This document shows positions 1 through 8,764 of a stretch of DNA of 64,000 nt, one piece after another; positions within the stretch are counted from its first letter, which is position 1, and every line of letters starts with the position of its first letter. The notes below the pieces were generated by a model that ran no database searches, was not told the origin of the DNA, and worked only from the letters and a program-made list of their open reading frames with translations. The stretch is from the sequence record LC788706.1. The stretch is one strand, 5' to 3'. The translations under genes were made by a program, and so were the position numbers. Origin of the DNA: Escherichia coli phage KS_S14.

Positions 1-2
1 TA

Positions 3-1010
3 GTGCGCCGCATGTATTCAACCGGAACGGCGACGTTAAAAAACTATATCCAGCAAAAAGCAGGGCAAAAAGCCGAGGCGCTGCATAACTTCGGCGCGCT
101 GATTGTTGAGTTCGACGAGGACGGGGAATTTTTTGTTCGCCAGCTTGAAACAATGGATGAAAGCGGGGTGTTTTATGATCTGAACGTTTGCGCTACTCCT
201 GCCGGATGTTATGAAACATCGGGACATGTTTTAGGCTTGCAATATGGCGACATCCACGCAGAAAAATTAGATGAGGAGTGCGCCGCCGCATCTTGGGGGC
301 ATGGTGACACCTACGGGCTTGTGGATATTCTTAAACCAAAATATCAATTCGTCCATGACGTGCATGATTTTACATCACGCAACCATCACAACCGCGCATC
401 CGGTGTATTCCTAGCAAAACAATACGCCGCCGGACGTGATAAGGTATTAGATGATCTTATCGATACGGGGCGCGTATTGGAATCAATGGAGCGCGATTTT
501 TCTCAAACGATCATCGTAGAATCAAACCATGATTTAGCTTTATCCCGTTGGCTGGATGATCGTAACGCCAACATTAAAGACGACCCTGCAAACGCGGAAC
601 TATATCACCGCCTGAATGCCGCTATTTACGCCGCAATCGGTGAGCATGATGAAACGTTTAACGTGCTTGATTATGCGCTGCGCAAAGTTGCAGGTTGTGA
701 GTTTAACGCCATTTTCCTAACGACTGACCAGTCTTTCAAGATTGCAGGCATTGAATGCGGCGTACACGGTCACAATGGCATTAACGGCAGCCGTGGCAAT
801 CCTAAACAATTTAAGAAATTGGGCAAGTTAAACACGGGGCATACGCATACCGCCAGCATTTACGGCGGTGTATATACCGCTGGCGTGACTGGTAGTCTGG
901 ACATGGGTTACAACGTTGGCGCGTCTAGCTGGACTCAAACGCATATTATTACCTATGCAAACGGTCAACGCACTTTGATTGACTTTAAGAATGGTAAATT
1001 CTTTGCGTAA
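3..1010 (+). CDS. Metallophosphoesterase-domain protein, 5'-truncated by window edge; candidate homolog of T5 pre-early A1
   Basis: Frame open from window start; translation has calcineurin-like phosphoesterase motifs (GDIHAE, ESNHD, GVHGHNG, GHTHT). A1 assignment is from memory of T5 gene content and position, not a search. Confidence 0.5.
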   Translation: MRRMYSTGTATLKNYIQQKAGQKAEALHNFGALIVEFDEDGEFFVRQLETMDESGVFYDLNVCATPAGCYETSGHVLGLQYGDIHAEKLDEECAAASWGHGDTYGLVDILKPKYQFVHDVHDFTSRNHHNRASGVFLAKQYAAGRDKVLDDLIDTGRVLESMERDFSQTIIVESNHDLALSRWLDDRNANIKDDPANAELYHRLNAAIYAAIGEHDETFNVLDYALRKVAGCEFNAIFLTTDQSFKIAGIECGVHGHNGINGSRGNPKQFKKLGKLNTGHTHTASIYGGVYTAGVTGSLDMGYNVGASSWTQTHIITYANGQRTLIDFKNGKFFA

Positions 1011-1064
1011 TTAAATTATTCCCCTAGCGGCTTGAAATATAGCCGCTATTACAGGAGTCAAAAA

Positions 1065-1322
1065 ATGAAAGTTATTCTACCCAAAACACTAGACGAAAAA
1101 GCATTTATTTCCCCCGATGAAATGGAATCAAATAAAGTTTACAGCTTCGGGCCTATCCTAGCCGTCAAAACTGATACGGATGGCATTATTTCCATTGATT
1201 ATCGTGATAATGATGTTGTTCCTTTTGATGACGATAGCGCTTTTTATGAGTGGTTAAGCGATAATAATTTACCCGTAAATGGTGAATTAACGCCGTATCA
1301 AATGCAGATTATTATCAAATAA
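1065..1322 (+). CDS. Hypothetical small protein (pre-early block)
   Basis: ORF track 1032..1322; start moved to ATG at 1065, which has AGGAG about 9 nt upstream (track start is TTG). Confidence 0.4.
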   Translation: MKVILPKTLDEKAFISPDEMESNKVYSFGPILAVKTDTDGIISIDYRDNDVVPFDDDSAFYEWLSDNNLPVNGELTPYQMQIIIK

Positions 1323-1360
1323 TTTAAATCCTTTATTAAACTAACTGGAGTTTTATAAAT

Positions 1361-1753
1361 ATGAAAAAGCAAAATATTCCATTCGATCGCGCTCAGTCTT
1401 CTATTGTTCTGGTTTATTCTAATGGTGAACGTTACCACGTCGAGGCGGGGCACGTTATTGATGATCTATTAGATTTCAATGACGCTTTACAGGTTACTAC
1501 CTTTGCCTATACGCAAGGCCGCGCAAGTAGTTACATTAAGGCCGCAGGCGTTTATGTTGATACGGTGAAACAAGAAACGATTATCATCGACGCCGTAAAA
1601 TCCGGTCTAGCCTTTGCGGTTGTCGCGCCTTGCCCCGCTTGCCTTGATGATCAATTGATTTCTGCAAAAGTATATACTTGTGCTGGGATTCGTTCCCATG
1701 TATCAGGTGAGGATGTTAGTTTTATTGCCGATGCGTTGGCTTATGGTCTTTAA
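1361..1753 (+). CDS. Hypothetical protein, 130 aa
   Basis: ATG preceded by CTGGAG; compact spacing with neighbours. Contains H-V-E ... PCPAC, but the spacing is atypical for a deaminase. Confidence 0.45.
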   Translation: MKKQNIPFDRAQSSIVLVYSNGERYHVEAGHVIDDLLDFNDALQVTTFAYTQGRASSYIKAAGVYVDTVKQETIIIDAVKSGLAFAVVAPCPACLDDQLISAKVYTCAGIRSHVSGEDVSFIADALAYGL

Positions 1754-1832
1754 TAGTTGATTTATTATTGCCCGCTGATAAATAGCGGGCAATGCTGGAT
1801 AAACTAAATCCCTTTAATGGAGAACGTAACAA

Positions 1833-2567
1833 ATGAATAAAGCTATTATGAATATTTCCCGCAGCTTCCCGCATATTTCCCGCGTCATGATTTGGGATTT
1901 AGACGGCACTATCATTAATTCTTTCCACCGCGTAGCGCCTTGCTTTGATAGCGAGGGCAATTTAGATTTAAATAAGTATAAAAATGAAGCGTGTAAACAT
2001 CATTTAATAATGCAGGATACATTATTACCATTAGTTGAATACATGCGCCAGTGCATGAACGACGCAAATACTTTAAACATTATTTGTACCGCTCGACTAA
2101 TGAGCAAGTCGGACTATTATTATTTGCGTAAACAAGGGTTGCGCGGTCGTGGGGATAGTAATATCCGCGTTTTTTCCCGTGATACACTACACAAATATTT
2201 TGAGGCTGATAAAGTTAGCGAGATATACCACAGTAAGGACGCAGTTTATAAATCTTATTATTTTGAATTATTTAAACAGTTATATCCGAACGCTGATTTT
2301 ACAATGATTGATGATCATAAAGGTGTATTATCAGCGGCGGCATCATACGGATTTAAAACGCTGGACGCGCAAGCCGTTAACGATATTCTATCAATCGGCG
2401 TGGCATTAATAGGTGAAACCTTTATTGATGAATCCCTCGATGATGATAATGATTATCAATTCCTAGCCGACCGTTTAAAATTATGTTGGGAAGGTATGAC
2501 CGAGGAAGAACGCGCAGAATATAGTTGCAGCCCGCAACAATATATTGAGAAATTAAAAGTTGCGTAA
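1833..2567 (+). CDS. HAD-superfamily phosphatase, probable 5'-deoxyribonucleotidase (T5 Dmp-like)
   Basis: N-terminal HAD motif I (IWDLDGTI); 244 aa; sits in the pre-early gene block. Dmp identity is from memory. Confidence 0.6.
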   Translation: MNKAIMNISRSFPHISRVMIWDLDGTIINSFHRVAPCFDSEGNLDLNKYKNEACKHHLIMQDTLLPLVEYMRQCMNDANTLNIICTARLMSKSDYYYLRKQGLRGRGDSNIRVFSRDTLHKYFEADKVSEIYHSKDAVYKSYYFELFKQLYPNADFTMIDDHKGVLSAAASYGFKTLDAQAVNDILSIGVALIGETFIDESLDDDNDYQFLADRLKLCWEGMTEEERAEYSCSPQQYIEKLKVA

Positions 2568-2583
2568 TAATTAAAGTTGAAAC

Positions 2584-2622
2584 TGTTTCATCCTGTAATT
2601 AAAATGGTTGCAGGATGAAACA
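2584..2622. repeat. Inverted repeat (12-bp arms, tgtttcatcctg / caggatgaaaca) between convergent genes; possible terminator or protein-binding site
   Basis: Arms read directly from sequence; no clear T-run on either side. Confidence 0.4.
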
Positions 2623-2731
2623 ATTACCCTGCTAATAGTAACGGGAGTGGCGGTTAGCAGACTAAGTATTCTCCCCCAACCCACTGGGCACACCTCCATG
2701 TGTAATCTTATGAAATTTGGCAAAAGTCAAA

Positions 2732-2977
2732 TTAGCGCATAGAAGGGTCATCAAACCTGTATTCTGGTCTGAACTCACGGAATCTCTTCCGCGACGCCCG
2801 AGATCCATCCGACCACTCCCGCTCAAACTCCGCACGTTTCTCGTCAAACTTCCGCTCCCTTTCCGCAATCTCCCTCGTCACTCCCGCAATATATTTACGA
2901 TGCTTATTGATTGCCGCAGTCGTCCCGAAAACTCCCGCGAGTATCCCGATAATAAAAGCAATTATAATACTAAACAT
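2732..2977 (-). CDS. Small single-pass membrane protein, 81 aa
   Basis: N-terminal hydrophobic helix (FSIIIAFIIGILAGVFG) followed by a charged Arg/Glu-rich tail; start overlaps stop of the upstream ORF. Confidence 0.5.
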   Translation of the reverse strand: MFSIIIAFIIGILAGVFGTTAAINKHRKYIAGVTREIAERERKFDEKRAEFEREWSDGSRASRKRFREFRPEYRFDDPSMR

Positions 2978-3164
2978 CTAATTCCCTCTCAATTTGCAGA
3001 ATACGAGTGCTATCACAACGTTGCAGTAGTACTAGCTTTTCTAGAATAACTTGTTGTTGTTTCACTTGGGCTTCTAGAGTTTTTAGGCGGAGATACACGA
3101 CACGAGAGACAATAAGGATTACCCAGACTAATATTACTATTAGTGTAACTGCCACTTCCATCAT
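2970..3164 (-). CDS. Small single-pass membrane protein, 64 aa
   Basis: N-terminal hydrophobic helix (VAVTLIVILVWVILIV) then a coiled-coil-like segment; ATGA overlap with the upstream mini-ORF. Confidence 0.5.
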   Translation of the reverse strand: MMEVAVTLIVILVWVILIVSRVVYLRLKTLEAQVKQQQVILEKLVLLQRCDSTRILQIERELDV

Positions 3165-3268
3165 TTACGTTTCTCCGACAGTAGGGTTTCAATTCTAGCT
3201 AAGTGATTATCTAAAATACATTGACCAATAATCACAACCCCCAGTAGTGCAATAATTACCCATTCCAT
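3161..3268 (-). CDS. Mini-ORF, 35 aa, predicted membrane peptide
   Basis: Hand-translated (MEWVIIALLGVVIIGQCILDNHLARIETLLSEKRK); below the ORF-track size cut-off; TAATG overlap with upstream ORF. Confidence 0.3.
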   Translation of the reverse strand: MEWVIIALLGVVIIGQCILDNHLARIETLLSEKRK

Positions 3269-3396
3269 TATATCCACCCCGCCATAGCTGCTAACCAAAA
3301 ACCTACGAAAATAAAGAATAGGATAGTTCCGAACCCAAAACTATTTATCCAACTCTCATACACCTCTCCGCGTCTATTCTTTCTTTTGTTTGACAT
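3268..3396 (-). CDS. Mini-ORF, 42 aa, predicted membrane peptide
   Basis: Hand-translated (MSNKRKNRRGEVYESWINSFGFGTILFFIFVGFWLAAMAGWI); AGGAG about 10 nt upstream of this ATG. Confidence 0.3.
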   Translation of the reverse strand: MSNKRKNRRGEVYESWINSFGFGTILFFIFVGFWLAAMAGWI

Positions 3397-3572
3397 ATCT
3401 TTCATGCTCCTATAAGTGTGGTATTTGAAATATTCTATAACTTGTGCACAACCAACCGTGCCTATGAACTCCTAGAAGGACTTCTACTTTTCTTATATAG
3501 TGTTTTCTGCCAGTATACCGTCCAAGAAATAAAAAATTTAGTTTACTTGGATGTCTTTTTGTTTTATACTAA

Positions 3573-3839
3573 TTACAGGTAATTAGATTGCTCTAGTTTA
3601 AATTTACAATCACCGTATTTAAGGTCAAACTGACTGAGATCCCACCACCCAAACTTAGTACGGAGCTGTACTACTGGAAAGCGATCTCCCTTAATACGAA
3701 CTTTTTGAACCTTGAGGCCGTAATGTTCCTCTCCCGCACCACCAAAAGATTTTACAAATCCCATACAAAATGGTTTGGGGGCAGGTGCACAACCAGATAA
3801 CATAACTGTGGCAACTAGTGCAATCACAAACTTTTTCAT
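3573..3839 (-). CDS. llp: Lipoprotein precursor, Llp-like (receptor-blocking superinfection-exclusion lipoprotein of T5-like phages)
   Basis: Signal peptide with lipobox (VMLSGC); 88 aa; divergent from the adjacent receptor-binding protein gene as in T5; own early-type promoter. Confidence 0.6.
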   Translation of the reverse strand: MKKFVIALVATVMLSGCAPAPKPFCMGFVKSFGGAGEEHYGLKVQKVRIKGDRFPVVQLRTKFGWWDLSQFDLKYGDCKFKLEQSNYL

Positions 3840-3871
3840 ATTTATCTCTCCATTTCTAATTTATGAATCTA

Positions 3872-3900
3872 TTATAGCAAAATAGAGAGATGAAAGCAAA
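3872..3900 (-). promoter_or_regulatory. Sigma70-type early promoter (PN25 family) for llp
   Basis: On minus strand: TTGCTT, 17-nt spacer, TATAAT, then AGATTCATAAATT and GGAGAG RBS before the llp ATG. Confidence 0.5.
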
Positions 3901-3924
3901 TACATTTTTATAATAGGAGATTAT

Positions 3925-5682
3925 ATGGGTTTTTTCGCTGGAAAGTATAGCGATGGTAAGACCGTACTATCTTTAAATACTGAATCTGGTGGTGACATTA
4001 ATCGTCACTATAGTCCAAGTAATAATAGTATTTTTCATAGTGATATGCCATTTGTTCTAGTTGATGGTACTTATGAGGCAGGATTAGGTGATGCCGGGAA
4101 TGGGTTTTTCGTATGTCAGATGCCTCCTGATATAGTAAATATTAAATCTAATGATCCTGGTAGAGTTATACTAACTGCTATTGAGATTAATGGTACTCAC
4201 AGAGCTTTTCTTAATGGTACTCAGAGTAAAGTTGGTCAAACTATAGTTGCCACTCAAGCAGACCCCTTTAGATCTTTTGCTAGTGTTTCTCAAACCAGTG
4301 GATTTGCATTTGGTAATAGTCTAGCATCTGGAACTTATAATTATAACCCATCGATAGGGCACGAAGAATCTATTTCTAGGAGTGGTACAGGTGGTACTAC
4401 GTTACATAGTACCTACCATGGGATAGTTAGGCCTGGTGCGGGAGCTCCTGTAGGTGTTACTGTTGCAGAAGCCTTTGCACAGTTAGGTTTTCCTACTAAT
4501 AGTAGCACAGTACCTGTAGATGGGAATAACCCGTATTATTGGGATCCTGGATGGATGTCGCCTCTAGGAGCAGCACATAGAGGGCATGATTGGTTTTATG
4601 TTTGCAACTCTAATATACGTGGATACGGTGGGGTTAGACAAGGGCTCCCAGGTAATGTAAATACTATGTACCACGACGGTGGGAACAGATTTGTTTGTAG
4701 GGGATCTACTACTAATTTAGCTAACCAGTCGGGTGACTCTACAATACTACAGGATTGGTATAATATAACCCCTACTAAGGTTATTTGGTATGTTCTTAAT
4801 TTAAGGTACTCTAATGGTGGAATGAGTATTTCAGGCAACCCCTTTACTGGTTCTGATATTCTTATATCTCCTTCTAATTTCATAATTAAAGGGGTAAGTC
4901 TCCCTAATACCGGGTATAAATTTATAAATCAGAATGCTTTTGGTAACCTAGGTTACCGTCCTGATATGGAGTATATAGGAAATAACGCAGCGTATACCGG
5001 GGTTTTTGGGGATACCACGGCAAGGTGTGAACTTGTAGGGTCTAGTAATGGAGGATTATGGTCTCCTGTAGACTATGGTGGAGCTAAATCCCAAATTAGC
5101 ATTTACAAATTCGGAGCTGGTAAGCAATGGTATGTAAACTCTAGGGATAATACTATCGGTAATGAACACGGGGTTGTTTGGGGACCATCAGCAGTTCCAT
5201 TACGACTTTTTGGTGGAAATGTAGGTAGCTCTTACATGGGGGATGATATTACTCCCAGCTACCCGGGAACAGGGGATAGATACGTTGGTTTATCAACTAT
5301 TGGGCTAGGTATACCGGGTGGCAATGCTACAGTAATTCTTACCACTGAAGTTATATCAGGTAACCTTAACTGTGCAGGTGTTCCTGCTAATACATGGAAT
5401 AACGGTGTGTTTCAAGTGCAAGGAAGAAGAGCATATAGCTATAGTAATGGAGATGCAATATTCCACCAGATTTTAACATTACCAGTAGGGTATTTAGTAC
5501 CTTTTCATACTACATCTGCTTTTAGATACACACCTAACAATGCCCTAAGTAGAAATAGTTTTATATACACTGCTAAAAATCTGGGGAATGGAAATGTAGA
5601 GTTAGGGGTAGTTATGCACGTAAGTTTAGGTAGTGCAGTTTTCCTACCGAGATTAAGAGTAACAGTTCAACGCCTTACCTAA
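3925..5682 (+). CDS. Receptor-binding tail protein (pb5/Oad-like)
   Basis: 585 aa, rich in Gly/Asn/Ser/Thr/Tyr; divergently adjacent to llp, the T5 oad-llp arrangement. Confidence 0.55.
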
Positions 5683-5692
5683 AGGAGGAAAT

Positions 5693-6175
5693 ATGGCAAA
5701 TGATGTATTAGTACCAGATCTTATGTCCCCTGAAGGGATGGATGTAATTGAAGCATATTTACAGTGTGGCAGCGATGTGCCTTCTGCCGCACGTAGTCTT
5801 GGGATGTCCGAAATTGCTTTTCGAGATATTATGAATCGTAGTGAAGTTAAGAACTACTTAAATGATATTTTTATGGAGAGTGGTTTCCGTAACAGAGATC
5901 GTTTATTTGGTGTTCTGGATGAAGTTATCAAGCGTAAACTAGAGGAACTAGAAGAAACTGGCATGGGTTCTGACCAAGATATTATGGATATTCTCTGGAA
6001 AGCACATAAAATGAAAATGGAAGAAATGAAAATGATGGTAGAACTGGAGAAAGTGAAGGCAGCAGCCCGTACTCCAGCTAACCAGACCAACATCCAGAAT
6101 AATATTATTGCTGGAGCTGGGGATCAAAACTACATGGACTTAATTACTTCCCTAGCTACTGGAGGTAAGAAGTAA
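5693..6175 (+). CDS. Putative terminase small subunit
   Basis: 160 aa with an HTH-like segment ([17 protein letters not shown]); stop overlaps the start of the large terminase. Confidence 0.5.
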
Positions 6176-7491
6176 TGGAAGTATCAAGACCTTACGTTAA
6201 TACAGTAGATGTTATTGATTTCGGAATAGATAAACGTTTCTTTCGTCTACCTGTTTCGGGAATACTAGCACAAGAAGGTATTACACCTAATGGTCCTCAA
6301 ATAGCGATTATTAATGCTCTAGAGGATCCTAGACATCGTTTTGTAACGGCGTGTGTATCACGCCGTGTAGGTAAATCCTTCATCGCATATACTCTTGGGT
6401 TCCTAAAATTGCTGGAACCTAATGTGAAGGTGTTAGTAGTTGCTCCTAACTATTCACTGGCCAACATCGGATGGTCTCAGATTCGTGGTCTTATTAAAAA
6501 ATATGGCCTACAAACTGAACGTGAGAACGCTAAAGATAAGGAAATTGAGTTAGCTAATGGTTCTCTGTTTAAACTAGCTTCCGCTGCTCAGGCTGACTCC
6601 GCAGTTGGACGTTCATATGATTTTATCATCTTTGACGAGGCGGCAATTTCCGATGTGGGTGGTGATGCCTTCAGGGTTCAGCTGCGTCCTACTCTAGATA
6701 AACCTAATTCTAAGGCTCTATTTATTTCCACACCTCGTGGAGGTAACTGGTTTAAAGAGTTTTACGCCTACGGATTTGATGATACGTTGCCTAACTGGGT
6801 ATCTATTCATGGTACATATCGTGATAACCCTCGTGCTGACCTGAATGATATAGAAGAAGCACGTCGTACGGTTAGTAAAAACTACTTCCGCCAGGAATAT
6901 GAAGCTGACTTCTCTGTATTTGAAGGTCAGATTTTTGATACTTTCAATGCTATTGACCATGTTAAAGACCTTAAGGGTATGCGTCATTTCTTTAAAGATG
7001 ATGAAGCATTCGAAACGTTGCTTGGTATCGACGTTGGTTATCGTGATCCTACAGCAGTTCTTACTATTAAGTATCATTACGATACGGATACTTACTATGT
7101 ATTAGAAGAGTATCAGCAGGCGGAGAAAACTACAGCTCAGCATGCTGCTTACATTCAGCACTGTATAGATCGTTATAAAGTTGATCGTATTTTTGTTGAC
7201 TCCGCGGCAGCTCAGTTCCGTCAAGACTTAGCTTATGAGCATGAAATTGCATCAGCTCCAGCTAAAAAATCTGTCCTAGATGGCCTAGCATGCCTGCAAG
7301 CACTGTTCCAACAGGGTAAGATTATTGTAGATGCCTCATGCTCCTCCTTAATTCATGCACTGCAGAACTATAAGTGGGACTTCCAAGAAGGTGAAGAGAA
7401 ATTATCACGTGAAAAACCACGTCATGATGCTAATTCTCACCTTTGTGATGCGCTGCGCTATGGAATTTACTCTATTTCCCGTGGTAAATAA
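6175..7491 (+). CDS. Terminase large subunit
   Basis: 438 aa; Walker A-like (VSRRVGKSF) and Walker B-like (FIIFDEAA) motifs in the N-terminal ATPase, nuclease-type acidic residues C-terminally; located immediately before the portal. Confidence 0.85.
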   Translation: MEVSRPYVNTVDVIDFGIDKRFFRLPVSGILAQEGITPNGPQIAIINALEDPRHRFVTACVSRRVGKSFIAYTLGFLKLLEPNVKVLVVAPNYSLANIGWSQIRGLIKKYGLQTERENAKDKEIELANGSLFKLASAAQADSAVGRSYDFIIFDEAAISDVGGDAFRVQLRPTLDKPNSKALFISTPRGGNWFKEFYAYGFDDTLPNWVSIHGTYRDNPRADLNDIEEARRTVSKNYFRQEYEADFSVFEGQIFDTFNAIDHVKDLKGMRHFFKDDEAFETLLGIDVGYRDPTAVLTIKYHYDTDTYYVLEEYQQAEKTTAQHAAYIQHCIDRYKVDRIFVDSAAAQFRQDLAYEHEIASAPAKKSVLDGLACLQALFQQGKIIVDASCSSLIHALQNYKWDFQEGEEKLSREKPRHDANSHLCDALRYGIYSISRGK

Positions 7492-7662
7492 ATAAATATA
7501 GGATGGGATACTACTCAGTTGGTATCCCATTCCTGTATTTTAAAATCCCCTTTACAAATTCGATACGATTATGTATACTATATTCATTGATCGGGAGAAC
7601 TTCTCCCATAATAGAACGTAAACAAGAAAAATTAATGCTCTACATGGGGTGTAGGAGATTCT

Positions 7663-8337
7663 ATGGGTCGACAAAAGCTAACAATAAAAGATATAAATAT
7701 TAGATTAGCTGATCGTGGAATCCAAATTGTCGGTGAGTATGTAAACCAACGTACAAAAACAGTATTTAAATGCCAGAGAGCACATGTTTGGGAAGCAACA
7801 CCACATTCTATACTCCATATGGGGAGAGGTTGTCCACACTGCTCCAATAATACAATATCGTTAGATGAAGTTAATAACAGAATATCTAATATAGGGTATA
7901 CTCTGTTAAGCAGCTATACTAATGCTAAAACAAAACTACATCTACGCTGCAATAATGGTCATGACTGTTTAATTACCTTAGATGGATTGACTCAAGGTAA
8001 GAGATGTCCTTATTGTTCTCTTAAGTGGGAGAATGGCGGATTCCTCTATATCATGTCCTCCTCTAGTGGTACTAAAGTAGGCATAAGCTTATACCCTGAG
8101 AAACGGCTGAATGAAGTTAAAAGAGAATCTGGATTTTCTGACCTATACTTGTTCACCATGTATCATCTGCCAGATAGAGAGACTGCTTTAGATTTAGAAA
8201 AGGAAGTTCACAGAGAATATTATAATAAAAACTGTGGGTTTTCTAATTTTACAGGAAGCACGGAATTTTTTAATGTTGCTCCTGAGGATATAGTAATCTT
8301 TCTAAGTAGCTTTGGATTGGAGGATTATGGCCACTAA
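7663..8337 (+). CDS. Putative homing-type endonuclease: duplicated zinc-finger module plus T5orf172/GIY-YIG-like domain
   Basis: Two repeats each ending in C-P-x-C (GCPHCS, RCPYCS); C-terminal GFLYIMSSSSGTKVGIS motif resembles the T5orf172 family; AGGAG 7 nt upstream of ATG. Confidence 0.5.
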   Translation: MGRQKLTIKDINIRLADRGIQIVGEYVNQRTKTVFKCQRAHVWEATPHSILHMGRGCPHCSNNTISLDEVNNRISNIGYTLLSSYTNAKTKLHLRCNNGHDCLITLDGLTQGKRCPYCSLKWENGGFLYIMSSSSGTKVGISLYPEKRLNEVKRESGFSDLYLFTMYHLPDRETALDLEKEVHREYYNKNCGFSNFTGSTEFFNVAPEDIVIFLSSFGLEDYGH

Positions 8338-8764
8338 TACTAAGTACAAACGTGATGCCATTTCCATAATGAGGGATGGTATAAAATCTAGGTATAGTAA
8401 GGATGGTTGCTGTGCTATATGTGGTAGTAGTGAAGACCTAGAACTTCACCATTATCATACTATATCTCAGCTAATAAAAAAATTTGCTAAAGAACTCCAG
8501 CTGGATTTCACTGATGAGAATATCGTCCTTTCAAATAGGGAAGCATTCTACAAGAAATATGAGCATGAGTTAGTTAGGGACGTGGTAACATTGTGCCAGC
8601 ACCATCACCAATTATTACATAAGGTTTACACAAAAGAACCTCCTTTATTTTCTGCTAATAAGCAAAAAGCGTGGGTTCAAAAGCAGAAAGACAAATTACA
8701 GAATCCTCAAGAAAAGACACAAGTCAAGACTGAAACAAAATCAGGATTCGCAAGGTTCTTATAA
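8327..8764 (+). CDS. HNH endonuclease
   Basis: CAICGS...LELHHYH...CQHHHQLLH motif set; start taken as the internal ATG at 8327 (track start 8312 is TTG). Confidence 0.7.
   Translation: MATNTKYKRDAISIMRDGIKSRYSKDGCCAICGSSEDLELHHYHTISQLIKKFAKELQLDFTDENIVLSNREAFYKKYEHELVRDVVTLCQHHHQLLHKVYTKEPPLFSANKQKAWVQKQKDKLQNPQEKTQVKTETKSGFARFL

Noticed and set aside
1361-1753. Cytidine/dCMP deaminase-like zinc motif (H-V-E ... PCPAC) in the 130-aa pre-early ORF
   Set aside because: Spacing between the H-x-E and PCxxC elements (about 62 residues) is much longer than in known deaminases; kept as hypothetical.
4596-4883. 95-aa minus-strand ORF
   Set aside because: Embedded antisense in the receptor-binding protein gene.
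6718-7077. 119-aa minus-strand ORF (and 6899..7105 on plus)
   Set aside because: Embedded within the large terminase gene, which has clear ATPase motifs and coding bias.
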